The notes under the pieces: generated by a model
What the model saw: only the letters and a program-made list of their open reading frames with translations
Told to the model about the DNA's origin: nothing
The model's database searches: none
Program-made: the position numbers and the translations under genes
Virus record (IMG/VR): IMGVR_UViG_3300036766_002281
Location: 10,630-74,629 of that record
Origin: a virus
DNA length: 64,000 nt
Reading direction: 5' to 3' (one strand)
Shown: positions 46,887-56,416 of the stretch, one piece after another
Layout of the letters: each line of letters starts with the position of its first letter
Numbering within the stretch: position 1 is the first letter of the stretch

Positions 46887-46930
46887 ACTCCCTTTAAAAT
46901 GGATTTAAATTGATTCATTTTAAAGGGAGT
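46887..46930 (+). promoter_or_regulatory. 15-bp hairpin occluding the RBS of the protease/scaffold gene
   Basis: ACTCCCTTTAAAATG ... CATTTTAAAGGGAGT; GTG start at 46936. Confidence 0.65.
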
Positions 46931-46935
46931 GCCTA

Positions 46936-49827
46936 GTGAGTTTTTTTAAATCTGCAAAGACAGAAATTCTTTCTTTCACAGATAATTTAACAAATCCTTC
47001 TATAATTAGTAAATCTGCTAGTATTCAAAAGATAGCTAGCTTCTATAACGACAATCCTCCTGTAGCTGAAGATATAGCTTCCAAATTAGAATCTGTCGCT
47101 GAATCCTATTCTATTAGCACTAATCCAAAAGATTATGTTTATGTTGCTGTAAGAGCCCTTACAGCAGATCTTCCAAATGAAAATTTTGATGCTTTCTCCG
47201 AAAAGGAGCTTTTGAGGTTCGAACCTAAGTTTGGATGTAAGGTTTATCAAACTTTTAAAATGAAACCCCATCATGTCAATCATCGTTCTGCTGATCCTAA
47301 ACAAGCTCGTGGTGTTATTCTTGACGCTCATTACAATACCAAGAACGAAAAACACTTTCCAGAAATTCTTATTGCAGTAGACAAAACCAAAGACAAAAAA
47401 TTGGCAGAAGGAATTGTGAGTGGGGATATTCCCGGGTTTAGCATGGGATGCACAGCTGATTGGACTATTTGTGCCGTTTGCGACCATAAGGCATCTTCTC
47501 CAGCAGACTTTTGTAATCATATTCGTTTCCACAAAGGAAAAGAAATTAACAGTAAAGTGGCTTTTGAATGGTGCGAAGGAGTTTGTTTCGAAGAGGAATC
47601 AAGCGTAGATGATCCAGCGGACAAAGAAGCTTTAACACAAGAAGTTATTTTGGCAAGCAAAGGCTTAAGTAAAGATTTACAGATGGAAACTGAGTTTTTG
47701 GCATTGAATACGAAGGTCAACCAACTTAACGCGGGATTAAATAAAGTGATTGATAAATTAGATGGTAAGAGTACCCCGCTTTTAAAGGCGGCTTCGAATT
47801 CAAAGAAAGCTAATCCTCTTATGGTAGCTCCAGAGCAAGAGGAAGAGTCTGACGTAGAAAAGAAAAAGACCAAGAATTTTGAAAAGTATACGAAAGATAA
47901 AAAAGAAGAAGATGAAAAACAGATGTCTGGCACTGAGTATGGTGTAATTCCGGACATGGAAACAGAGAGAGGGCGAGGAGTGGAAAACACAGCTAAGAAA
48001 TCAGAAGGTATTAAAATGGCAAAAAATCCTTATCTGAAACAAGCTCTTGATTCTGCTGGTAAAGAGTATTGGAGTAAGTATTTGGCAGATTATGGGAAAG
48101 ATATAACAAAGGATGTTAAAAAGAAAAAGCTTTCTTCTGAAACCAAAAAAGCTGATTCAGGCCAAATGTGGAAAGGTACAGCTAAAGGTGGTGGTAACCC
48201 TCCAGCTGAATTCAAGATTGATAGAAAACCGGGAAATCCTCCTGCGGAGTTCAAATTTGCTGGATTGTACAAGGATGTTGAGATTTACCCTTCTAAAAAA
48301 TCTTATCTGCTTGTTGCCAAATCCAAATGTCCTATTTATTTGATTTCTTGTAAGGATGAAAAAGTCAATCTTAAACATGCTGCTTCAGATATTTTGAAAT
48401 CAGTAATCACTGTAGGATTGGCTTCAACAATGAAGAAGTTCGAAGCCATCCAACTTAAGTCCTACACGCCTACTTTCAAACCTTCGCTTGTAGAAGAGTT
48501 TTCAAGCGATGTTCGGGATAAGAGTTTAAGAACTAAGCCTACGGAAGGCGTCAATGAAGATGGAGTTGTTGACAAAGGTAAACCTTTTATGAAAGGTAAA
48601 TTCAGAGAAGATTCTGTTGATGCTGACGGGGTTAATACAGTTAAGCTCTCTTCTGCCGAGATGAATAGGCGGATTACCGCTATGCAAGATCTTATGCAAA
48701 TGATTGACGATGAGCAATCTAAAGGAACAGCTCAAGAAGAGATTGTAAAGATGATTGATACCTGGATTGAGAATTGGGATAAATCAGGACGTCCTGCAAT
48801 CACACCAGGTTCAGGAACATCAGTTGTACCTGGAGCTAGCCCCGGAACTACTTCTGCAACTCCTGCTGGACCAATGGCACGTGTGCAAAAAAAGAAAGCG
48901 AAAGAAGCTGGATCTCAGGATAGAGCTTTGTCAGATCTTGCTAACCAGGATAGATTTAAAAAGGAAGAATCTGCCCCGGTAACAGCAGATGGTACTGACG
49001 ATCTTGCTAAAATACAAAGAGATACCACTAAGGCAGATGAAATATGGTCGGCAGGAAAAGACGATTTAAACATTACTCGTAAGCAAGTGGTAGATCTTAA
49101 AGCAGAAAAAGAAAATCCATATTCTAAGGCATCTAGCAGACCTAGAATTTCTTACGAGACCAAAGAAACAGCAGTGAATGAAAAGAACTGGAAAGAAGTT
49201 TCTGATAAGAAATGGAAAGCTATCCAGAAAGCAGAAGTAGAACGTATTCAAAAGGAAAGTTCAAAACAAGTGCAAGAGTTTAAAACAGCTTTCAGACAGA
49301 GGCTTGTCAGAGCCTTGAAATTAGCTTCCATGCGTTCTGATTTAAACCTGATTGAAAGTCCATTAAAAATGCATCTGGCAGATGTTTTAATCGAGGAAAA
49401 TGGGGACTATACAGGTATGGATACTGAGTTAGCCACCAATTTAATTGAGAATGCCTTTGCTAGTACAGGATCAGCCCATATTGAATATCTTTTGAAGGAA
49501 GCGGAATCCTACATTGATATGCCAGAAGAAAGCTTCTTAGCAATTGAAGAAGATACAAAGAAGTTGAATTTGGTGCTTCCTGTAGCAGATGTGACGGATC
49601 GTCCAGGAGGAGAGTTCCCAATGTCTCTTGGAGAAGGTGAGGAAGGATTTTTAGATGAATCCGAACCGGGATTAGACCTTGGTATGGAAGAGGAAGAAAT
49701 AGGTTCCCCGGCAGAAGAGCTTGCAACTAAAGCTTCTAAATCTAATCCAGTTTTTACACCTCATGATAGTTCAACGGTTGGTAGATTCAGTGAGTTGAAG
49801 GGAATTTTTAGGAATCGTTTTAAGTAA
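46936..49827 (+). CDS. prohead protease / scaffold polyprotein
   Basis: PNENFDAF..EL, YQTF..KPHHVNH, ARGVILDA, FSMGC..CAVC..FCNH, then a coiled, K-x-A-rich region; between portal and MCP. Confidence 0.75.
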   Translation: MSFFKSAKTEILSFTDNLTNPSIISKSASIQKIASFYNDNPPVAEDIASKLESVAESYSISTNPKDYVYVAVRALTADLPNENFDAFSEKELLRFEPKFGCKVYQTFKMKPHHVNHRSADPKQARGVILDAHYNTKNEKHFPEILIAVDKTKDKKLAEGIVSGDIPGFSMGCTADWTICAVCDHKASSPADFCNHIRFHKGKEINSKVAFEWCEGVCFEEESSVDDPADKEALTQEVILASKGLSKDLQMETEFLALNTKVNQLNAGLNKVIDKLDGKSTPLLKAASNSKKANPLMVAPEQEEESDVEKKKTKNFEKYTKDKKEEDEKQMSGTEYGVIPDMETERGRGVENTAKKSEGIKMAKNPYLKQALDSAGKEYWSKYLADYGKDITKDVKKKKLSSETKKADSGQMWKGTAKGGGNPPAEFKIDRKPGNPPAEFKFAGLYKDVEIYPSKKSYLLVAKSKCPIYLISCKDEKVNLKHAASDILKSVITVGLASTMKKFEAIQLKSYTPTFKPSLVEEFSSDVRDKSLRTKPTEGVNEDGVVDKGKPFMKGKFREDSVDADGVNTVKLSSAEMNRRITAMQDLMQMIDDEQSKGTAQEEIVKMIDTWIENWDKSGRPAITPGSGTSVVPGASPGTTSATPAGPMARVQKKKAKEAGSQDRALSDLANQDRFKKEESAPVTADGTDDLAKIQRDTTKADEIWSAGKDDLNITRKQVVDLKAEKENPYSKASSRPRISYETKETAVNEKNWKEVSDKKWKAIQKAEVERIQKESSKQVQEFKTAFRQRLVRALKLASMRSDLNLIESPLKMHLADVLIEENGDYTGMDTELATNLIENAFASTGSAHIEYLLKEAESYIDMPEESFLAIEEDTKKLNLVLPVADVTDRPGGEFPMSLGEGEEGFLDESEPGLDLGMEEEEIGSPAEELATKASKSNPVFTPHDSSTVGRFSELKGIFRNRFK

Positions 49828-49930
49828 TAAGTTAGACGATTAGGAACAGGAACAGGTGCAGGTAAGGACAAGAAACAAAAACGAACGAAAACGAACGAAT
49901 CGAAAAGAACAATAGAAGGAGTATAAAGAA

Positions 49931-50644
49931 ATGGCAATCGATCTTAAAAGAAGTTTCATCGGTAGGGAAGTTGGAAATAAAACGGTAGAACCAACTACCT
50001 CTTTCAACGCGGGTATGATTGGAACTATCAATTCTTCTGGCAATGTTGCCGTCTGTGATTCTACAGCAGTGCCGGCAGGTATCTTGAAATGGAATAAGAC
50101 ATCTACAGAGTATGGTGTAACTGTTGATGAGCCAGTGGTTATGAATACGGATGGGACTACTGCTTCTAATCTGAAACATGCCAATGTTTCTAACGTTAAA
50201 GTTAGAAGTGTTGCTGGTGGTGGTACAACCTATATCTTGACTACAGACTATACTGTTAACGCTGTTAATGGTACAGTTACAAGGGTGGCAACCATTACTT
50301 CTGGTGCCACTGTGTATATTTCTTACACCTACCAGTTAACGGCAAATGATCTGGCTTCCAATGTTGCCGCTCCTGGTTATACCGGTCTTAATTTTCAATT
50401 AAGCACGGATGACACTCAGGGAAGTAACAAGATAACGCTGATTCAAGGGGTTAGCACAGTCTACACAGACCAGTACGATACCTCTAGAAACTATGCGATT
50501 AACGACGTGTTGTATTGCACTTCTGCCGGGATCTTTATCAACACTCCGGTTGGACCAGCATACAAGTTTGGAAGGGTTATCTCCGTGCCAACAGCATCTG
50601 ATCCATTTCTCGGCGTAGAAGGTAACTTTATTCAAGATAGATAA
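49931..50644 (+). CDS. putative capsid decoration / minor head protein
   Basis: Thr/Gly/Val-rich; DDTQGSNKIT..YTDQYD..GRVISVP..FLGV; immediately upstream of MCP. Confidence 0.6.
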   Translation: MAIDLKRSFIGREVGNKTVEPTTSFNAGMIGTINSSGNVAVCDSTAVPAGILKWNKTSTEYGVTVDEPVVMNTDGTTASNLKHANVSNVKVRSVAGGGTTYILTTDYTVNAVNGTVTRVATITSGATVYISYTYQLTANDLASNVAAPGYTGLNFQLSTDDTQGSNKITLIQGVSTVYTDQYDTSRNYAINDVLYCTSAGIFINTPVGPAYKFGRVISVPTASDPFLGVEGNFIQDR

Positions 50645-50652
50645 TCTGATTT

Positions 50653-50684
50653 CAGGCTAGACTAGTCTAGTCTAGACTAGCCTG
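50653..50684. promoter_or_regulatory. palindromic (A/T)CTAG pentamer array forming a hairpin
   Basis: CAGGCTAG ACTAG TCTAG TCTAG ACTAGCCTG between the decoration gene and MCP. Confidence 0.5.
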
Positions 50685-50758
50685 GGTTGGATTAAGACAA
50701 ATTGAATTCAAAATGAACCAAGAAAAGAACGATTGAAAATGAAAAGGAGTTTATAAAA

Positions 50759-51913
50759 ATGTTAAAAACCAATCCGTATAGGAAAGCTGCTAAAAAGGCA
50801 ACCATTCCTAGCAAGACAAATGAAAAAGTATTTGATGAAGCTGGAAAATACAATCCAAGACCTATTGGAAGAATGAGAGGCGATGGTAAAATAGTTGCTG
50901 CAAAATCTGGTCGGATGTTTGACAAGTCAGGGCAGGTCAACGCATACGACAATAAAGATTTGCTTCAGCAGGTTGCCTATCTTCTCCAGAATGTAACAAA
51001 AGAGAATCCAGTTCCAAAAGAAGCCATGAGAAAAGAATCTGCTCTTTCTAAATCTGCAAAACAGAGAGCAATCGTGGCGGCTTTCAAAGATCCAACAGGA
51101 GAAGGATTCCATATGATTGGCCAGGAATTACTTGCTCCAATCAAGGAACTCATCGACTATGAAGGTTGGGCAAGAAAGTGCTTGAGAGTTCGGCCTTTAG
51201 CTCAGGGTGAGATCTTCCGTTTGACGAAAGACGTTGCATATCAAACGGTTTCCTGGGTTATCGGACAGGATGGTATGACTCCTGAATCAAGGGTGATTGG
51301 TCGGTATGTTGTCGGTCCAGAATTCAAAGTGACCGCCTTCGTAGATATCGATATCGCTGAGATCTACCAAATGCAGTTCGATGGACTCGATCGGGCACAA
51401 GACCTGGCCAGACAGGACATCGAAAGAAAAGAAGATCAGGCTTTCATCACGGCACTAGACAAAGCTTCGACCACTTACAATTCAATTACCTACTTCTCTA
51501 GCTTATCAGTTTCAGCTTTTGAAGATGTCCGGTTTCAGGTTGAACGTAACCGGTTGGTAGTTGATAAATTTCTCATTAACCGTCAAGAGTTGTCTGATGT
51601 TGTTAAGACAATGTCCGGGGCGGTTGATCCAGCCACTCAGAGAGAGTTGATCCTTTCTGGGTACATTGGAAATATTTTAAATACCCAGATCGTAACATCA
51701 GCGGGTACAGGAACTTTCGAAGTTGTCCCTGCTGGAAAGATCTACGCGGTTCCAGCAGCGGAATATCTTGGAGACATGGGTATTCGTATCGATCTGTTCT
51801 CAGAGCCCTACAACAGATATGCAGTTGGAGAAACTGTTAAGGGCTGGGCCCTGATCGAGCAAATTGGATACATTCTTCCGAATGCTCGTGCAGCTGCAAA
51901 AGGTAGCAAATAA
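50759..51913 (+). CDS. major capsid protein (HK97-like fold, inferred)
   Basis: PIKELIDYEGWARK..V.PLAQGE, PEF.V, LDRAQ..A..I..KED, VPAGKIYAV..AEYLG; 384 aa; strong SD; position after the scaffold. Confidence 0.85.
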   Translation: MLKTNPYRKAAKKATIPSKTNEKVFDEAGKYNPRPIGRMRGDGKIVAAKSGRMFDKSGQVNAYDNKDLLQQVAYLLQNVTKENPVPKEAMRKESALSKSAKQRAIVAAFKDPTGEGFHMIGQELLAPIKELIDYEGWARKCLRVRPLAQGEIFRLTKDVAYQTVSWVIGQDGMTPESRVIGRYVVGPEFKVTAFVDIDIAEIYQMQFDGLDRAQDLARQDIERKEDQAFITALDKASTTYNSITYFSSLSVSAFEDVRFQVERNRLVVDKFLINRQELSDVVKTMSGAVDPATQRELILSGYIGNILNTQIVTSAGTGTFEVVPAGKIYAVPAAEYLGDMGIRIDLFSEPYNRYAVGETVKGWALIEQIGYILPNARAAAKGSK

Positions 51914-51943
51914 GTAAGTAGTAAAAGTGGTTTATCTAGGCCC

Positions 51944-51986
51944 AACAAGGTAGGTACTCTTAAAGTGGGTACCTACCTTGTTTTCT
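51944..51986 (+). terminator. 14-bp hairpin + T tract after MCP (terminator and/or part of a structured RNA)
   Basis: AACAAGGTAGGTAC...GTACCTACCTTGTT TT. Confidence 0.65.
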
Positions 51987-52086
51987 ATCACCACAAAATG
52001 GAAAGGAGGAAATCTAACGTCTTTCCATACCTGTTTATCTAATGGTAGGTAAACAGAGGTCAACCAGCAATCTGAGGAGACATTCT

Positions 52087-53100
52087 ATGAATGGTCCCTC
52101 CAATAAAAACAAGGAGGTTCTTGTTCTCGATGGAGATGGAAAGTATCTTTTACCAACTACACCTGCACTTGCTCGTAAGCTGCTAAATGAAGGCAAAGCA
52201 AGGGTAGTATCGAAAGATCCTTTTTCAATTTCCTTATTCAAGAACGTAGAATCCCCAAACACATCACGGAGGTATGAAACAATGAAGGCAATCAACTTAC
52301 ATGAGTATTTTAACGTATCAAAAGCAGTTTATATTCAAAACATCAGTGACCCTATTGGTGTTATCAGTTTAACGTTCAAAAAACTCAACGGGGAAATTAT
52401 TCCCTGCCCAATTCTCTCCTCAAGAAATCCAATTATACTAACTGATAAAGTAGCGTTTGAAGATATCAAGGAAAGTATCGAATTTAGGACCTATCTTCGC
52501 GCTAATAGTTATGGACCTGCCAAGTTACAGCTTTTAACGGAGGAAGAGTTCAACGGTTATTATGACCGAAGAGCTAAAGAAATAGGGGCATCCACTTCAG
52601 AACTTATTGAAGAAACGCATAGGAAAGCAGAAAGCATTGCGGCAAGAGAGAAAATCGTTACAGAGAAAGAGGCGTTTGTGGATCCAAGAACTATGGATCA
52701 CTCTATCCTTGAACCTGAAGTCAACACAAGAGTTATTTCTACCTGTCAGCAACTGGATCCTTCTAATCCAAGCAAAATTAGTGCAAGAGATGCCATTGAC
52801 ACCTTTAATTCTTTGAATATGACTCAGGTGGATTATGATTATATTTTATCAAATTGCTTTGACAGATTAGAAAAGAATAATGCAGTTATTCGGAAGTGGG
52901 CTATGGGCAGGTTGAAGGATATAAATGGTCCTTCGATGGCTCATTCTGAAATTATCATGCCACAGCAGGAAACAGAGCAATTACAAAAGGATCTTAATCC
53001 ACCAGTACAACGGACACAAACCAAAGAGAAGAAAGCCGCTCCTCAACAAAAAGAGCTAAATCAAGCTAGAGTAAAAGTAGGCGCCGGTGCGAGTAAGTAG
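52087..53100 (+). CDS. post-MCP protein with N-terminal PLMP/RRXRR-like domain
   Basis: VLVLDGDGKYLLPTTPALARKLLNEGKARVVSKDPFSISL; SD GAGGAG; second SD + ATG at 52282. Confidence 0.75.
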   Translation: MNGPSNKNKEVLVLDGDGKYLLPTTPALARKLLNEGKARVVSKDPFSISLFKNVESPNTSRRYETMKAINLHEYFNVSKAVYIQNISDPIGVISLTFKKLNGEIIPCPILSSRNPIILTDKVAFEDIKESIEFRTYLRANSYGPAKLQLLTEEEFNGYYDRRAKEIGASTSELIEETHRKAESIAAREKIVTEKEAFVDPRTMDHSILEPEVNTRVISTCQQLDPSNPSKISARDAIDTFNSLNMTQVDYDYILSNCFDRLEKNNAVIRKWAMGRLKDINGPSMAHSEIIMPQQETEQLQKDLNPPVQRTQTKEKKAAPQQKELNQARVKVGAGASK

Positions 53101-53125
53101 TAGAGAGTAGAGAGTAGGTGCGTGC

Positions 53126-53467
53126 GTGGAGGATCTGGAAATGGTTGAACCCGTAGTGGTTAAAGAAGTATTTGAACTACCTTCTTTAACAGAGAGGAAC
53201 ATTCTAGTAAAAATTCCAGATCGTTTCCACAGAAATATTTTCTTGTGGATGCATTCAATTCGTCCAATTAGCTACGAGTATGATGTTCGTACGGAAAAGA
53301 CTTCTCTAAAATTAGGGAAGTCTTTTCCGGAGCATTCTATTCCTTTTTTGGTTTTATACAAAGGCAGAGTTGATGCAGAAGATTCTTTTTTAAATATTCG
53401 GGTTAGGAATTTAAGCGAGAATAAAAATTCAATGTTTAGTTTTTTATTGTCTTTAGCTCAGGGGTGA
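53126..53467 (+). CDS. hypothetical protein
   Basis: 113 aa. Confidence 0.55.
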   Translation: MEDLEMVEPVVVKEVFELPSLTERNILVKIPDRFHRNIFLWMHSIRPISYEYDVRTEKTSLKLGKSFPEHSIPFLVLYKGRVDAEDSFLNIRVRNLSENKNSMFSFLLSLAQG

Positions 53468-53473
53468 TATAAA

Positions 53474-53860
53474 ATGCATGCTTATTATAAAAGTGCCAGA
53501 GTAACGATTGGTGCTGGAGCCAATACCGTTGTAACCGATGATTTACACGAAACTCCATTTAAAAATTTGAATGTATGGGTAAGACCAGCAGATAGTACTA
53601 CTACGTATTCTTACAAGGTAGATTACGGTGGGCAAACTCAAGCATCTGGATCTGTTTTAGGTGGCAAAGTTCAAACTTATAACGATACTCAGATTCAGCC
53701 TCCTAATCAAGCTAGCTCAAACTGGAGTCAGCAAGGATCCCAGAATGATCCATTCGCAGTGGGTCTTCCAATTAACCTTACTATTACAAACACTGGATCA
53801 TTTTCGGCTGTATTTCTTGTGAGCTTTACTTCTGAAACGTTTAACCAGGTAACTGGTTGA
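53474..53860 (+). CDS. putative virion structural protein (beta-rich)
   Basis: Thr/Ser/Gly-rich, 128 aa, within the structural cluster. Confidence 0.55.
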   Translation: MHAYYKSARVTIGAGANTVVTDDLHETPFKNLNVWVRPADSTTTYSYKVDYGGQTQASGSVLGGKVQTYNDTQIQPPNQASSNWSQQGSQNDPFAVGLPINLTITNTGSFSAVFLVSFTSETFNQVTG

Positions 53861-53888
53861 AGCAAGGTATAATAGTTGGAGGTTCCCA

Positions 53889-55808
53889 ATTAGCTCTACA
53901 GTACAGTTTAACTCTTCCAAAATAGTATTATTACATTGGTTTGATATACCGTCGGATACTTGGGTTCCGTTAAGTACTTTGAACCCTCTTCCAACTACTG
54001 GAGGTGGTGGTGGAACTGTAGTTGGTTCTTCTGCAGATAATTCCCCAAATACAACTACAAAACTTCCGGTCATTCCAGCTGTAGCAAATGCCGCAGCTCC
54101 AGTCTGGACTGAAGGGTATCAAGTTCCATTATCCGTAGACTTAACTGGAGCCCTTCGGGTTTCAGGAACATCAGGTGGTGGAATTGCCCAGCTCCAAGTA
54201 AGAAGTGGAGTGAATGCCTGGACTGATATAGGATACTTTGCAGGTGATCTAAATGTTCCAGTACAAGGCATAGTTACTGCAAATGCTGGAACAGGAAATT
54301 TTACTGTTGTCCAACCAACAGGAGCCAATCTTCATGTTGTAGTAGATTCTTCTGCCCTTGTTCAAGTACAAGGAACAGTAACAGTTGTTCAACCTACAGG
54401 AACAAGTCTTCATACAGTTTTAGATTCAGGAACTCTTACTGGAATTACAAATCCAATTCATGTTATTCCTGATACATCAGCAGTTGTAGTTCAAAACTTT
54501 CCTAGTACCCAGACTATACAAGGAACAGTAACAGTTGTTCAACCTACAGGAACAAGTCTTCATACAGTTTTAGATTCAGGAACTCTTACTGGAATTACGA
54601 ATACTGTTATTATTACGGGTACTGATGCAGATAATGCAGTTAACTCAACAACAAAAGTTCCTACAATCCCTGCTAGAGCGAATGCTTCTTCTCCTGCATG
54701 GACTGAAGGTCGTGAGGCTCCCTTATCAGTTGATTTAACAGGGGCATTAAGAGTAACGGGTTCATCAGGTGGTGGTATTGCTCAAATGCAAGTTCGAGAT
54801 GCTGCAAATGCTTGGACAGATATAGGATATTTCGCTGGCGACCTAAATGTGCCAGTACAAGGCACAGTTACAGTAAATGCTGGTACCGGAAATTTTAATG
54901 TTGTTCAACCTGCCGGAACAAATCTTCATGTTGTAGTTGACTCATCAGCATTGGTTGATGTTCAAGGAAATGTTACTGTTATTGGAACTGCATCTGATAA
55001 TTCAATAAATAGTCTTTTGAAGTTACCAGTAATTTCAGCAAGAGCAAATGCTGCATTTCAAGTTTGGACAGAAGGAAATCAAGTCCCTCTTTCTACAGAT
55101 TTAAGTGGCGCCGTTCGTATGCTCGTAACACAAGGAAGCAATGTTGCGATTGTAAAAACAACATCGCCAGTAGGAACAGATGCACGATTAGTTGTTGGCA
55201 ATATTCCTAGAAAAGAGACCCAAACATTAACGACAACACCTCTTGCTGCTCTTGCTGAATATAATTCTGGGTGGTTTGATTCTCAAGCAAGTGGCACAGT
55301 CTATGTTACTGCATCAGCTCTTAGTAATGTAGCTTCGATACAAATTAATGGGTTTATTATCGAACAGTCTGATGTAAATAATGATGAAAATATGGTATCA
55401 ATTATTGAATCACATGGAGTAGGTTCTAATGAATTAAAAGTAATTATTGCGGAAATAAGCCAACGTTATTGGAGAGTACGATATTTTAATAATCAAGTGG
55501 CTCAAACAAGTTTTAAGCTTACTGTAACTGAATCTGTTATAGCGCATATTGCAACTAATCTTAATCATGAGGACACACCTGCTGGTGTGTATGTACCAGA
55601 AAGTTTAGTTGGTCTTATTGGAGGGCAGACTACAAACAATTATTATAGGGCACTTCGTATGGATAATGATAATCGTTTGATTTCAGGACTGCCTGATCTT
55701 TATTCGATGTTTAATGAAATGTTAAAAGAGCTTAAACTTATTACTTTACATCTACATAATATTACAGAAGAAGAAATCGATACCTACGACGTGGAGGGAG
55801 TTGGTTAA
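53889..55808 (+). CDS. repeat-rich fibre-like virion protein (probable ATT start at 53889)
   Basis: Three ADN..KLP..ANA..WTEG..PLS.DL.GA.R units, VQGTVTV repeats; SD GGAGGT at 53878. Confidence 0.7.
   Translation: MSSTVQFNSSKIVLLHWFDIPSDTWVPLSTLNPLPTTGGGGGTVVGSSADNSPNTTTKLPVIPAVANAAAPVWTEGYQVPLSVDLTGALRVSGTSGGGIAQLQVRSGVNAWTDIGYFAGDLNVPVQGIVTANAGTGNFTVVQPTGANLHVVVDSSALVQVQGTVTVVQPTGTSLHTVLDSGTLTGITNPIHVIPDTSAVVVQNFPSTQTIQGTVTVVQPTGTSLHTVLDSGTLTGITNTVIITGTDADNAVNSTTKVPTIPARANASSPAWTEGREAPLSVDLTGALRVTGSSGGGIAQMQVRDAANAWTDIGYFAGDLNVPVQGTVTVNAGTGNFNVVQPAGTNLHVVVDSSALVDVQGNVTVIGTASDNSINSLLKLPVISARANAAFQVWTEGNQVPLSTDLSGAVRMLVTQGSNVAIVKTTSPVGTDARLVVGNIPRKETQTLTTTPLAALAEYNSGWFDSQASGTVYVTASALSNVASIQINGFIIEQSDVNNDENMVSIIESHGVGSNELKVIIAEISQRYWRVRYFNNQVAQTSFKLTVTESVIAHIATNLNHEDTPAGVYVPESLVGLIGGQTTNNYYRALRMDNDNRLISGLPDLYSMFNEMLKELKLITLHLHNITEEEIDTYDVEGVG
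54367..54598 (+). repeat. exact 82-nt direct repeat (54367-54448 / 54517-54598)
   Basis: TACAAGGAACAGTAACAGTT...ACTGGAATTAC occurs twice, 150-nt period. Confidence 0.9.
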
Positions 55809-56360
55809 ATGCCCGATAGTATAAAATCAGGATACTCAGGAAATCTTGCGACTGTTGATGAAGAAGGGAGACTGTCTGTAAAATCAACAGCAATATCTGA
55901 AGCTGCTGCAGAGGCAATTATTGGAAAATGTTTTATTATTAATACTGGAATTATTGCTCTTACAACAACAGGATCATATAGCGGTCTGCTCTATATTAAA
56001 AATTTAGCGAGTTCAGATTTATTTATACATTTGGTAGAATTCAATGGAACGCAGATGGCTCAATGGCAAACAATTAAAACGCCAACAACAGGAACATTGA
56101 TTTCTGGCGGGACTGCGATTGTTGGGTATAATGCAAACATAGCTTCAGGGGTCTCATTAAATGCAACATTATTAAAAGGGGCAGATACTTCTACCGTAAC
56201 TGATGGGACAGCTATTTTAGATTGTATTACACCTATTGGTATGACACCGAGTTCATTTAGAGATGTTTTAATAGTGTCGGTAAATAAAACAATTGCTTGG
56301 ACAGTTAAACCATCTGCAGCAGGAAATTTTAGTATAGTAGCAATTGCATATTATGATTAA
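55809..56360 (+). CDS. putative structural protein
   Basis: G.SGNLATVD.EGRL N-terminus; beta-rich. Confidence 0.6.
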   Translation: MPDSIKSGYSGNLATVDEEGRLSVKSTAISEAAAEAIIGKCFIINTGIIALTTTGSYSGLLYIKNLASSDLFIHLVEFNGTQMAQWQTIKTPTTGTLISGGTAIVGYNANIASGVSLNATLLKGADTSTVTDGTAILDCITPIGMTPSSFRDVLIVSVNKTIAWTVKPSAAGNFSIVAIAYYD

Positions 56361-56416
56361 AGGATTGGTGAGAAAACCACTGAGTCTTTAGCTCACGATT
56401 AAAGGAGTAGTTTAAT

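Noticed and set aside
52087-53100. Full-length IscB/IsrB nuclease
   Set aside because: No RuvC-I (GIDPG-like), bridge-helix RRxRR or HNH motifs follow the PLMP-like segment.
54367-54598. 82-nt direct repeat as a DGR template/variable repeat pair
   Set aside because: The copies are identical, with no adenine-specific mismatches. Both are in frame within one gene, and no reverse transcriptase is in the window.
56031-56039. TTGGTAGAA as a target of the predicted TnpB guide
   Set aside because: Only 9 nt match, which is expected by chance in 64 kb of AT-rich DNA.
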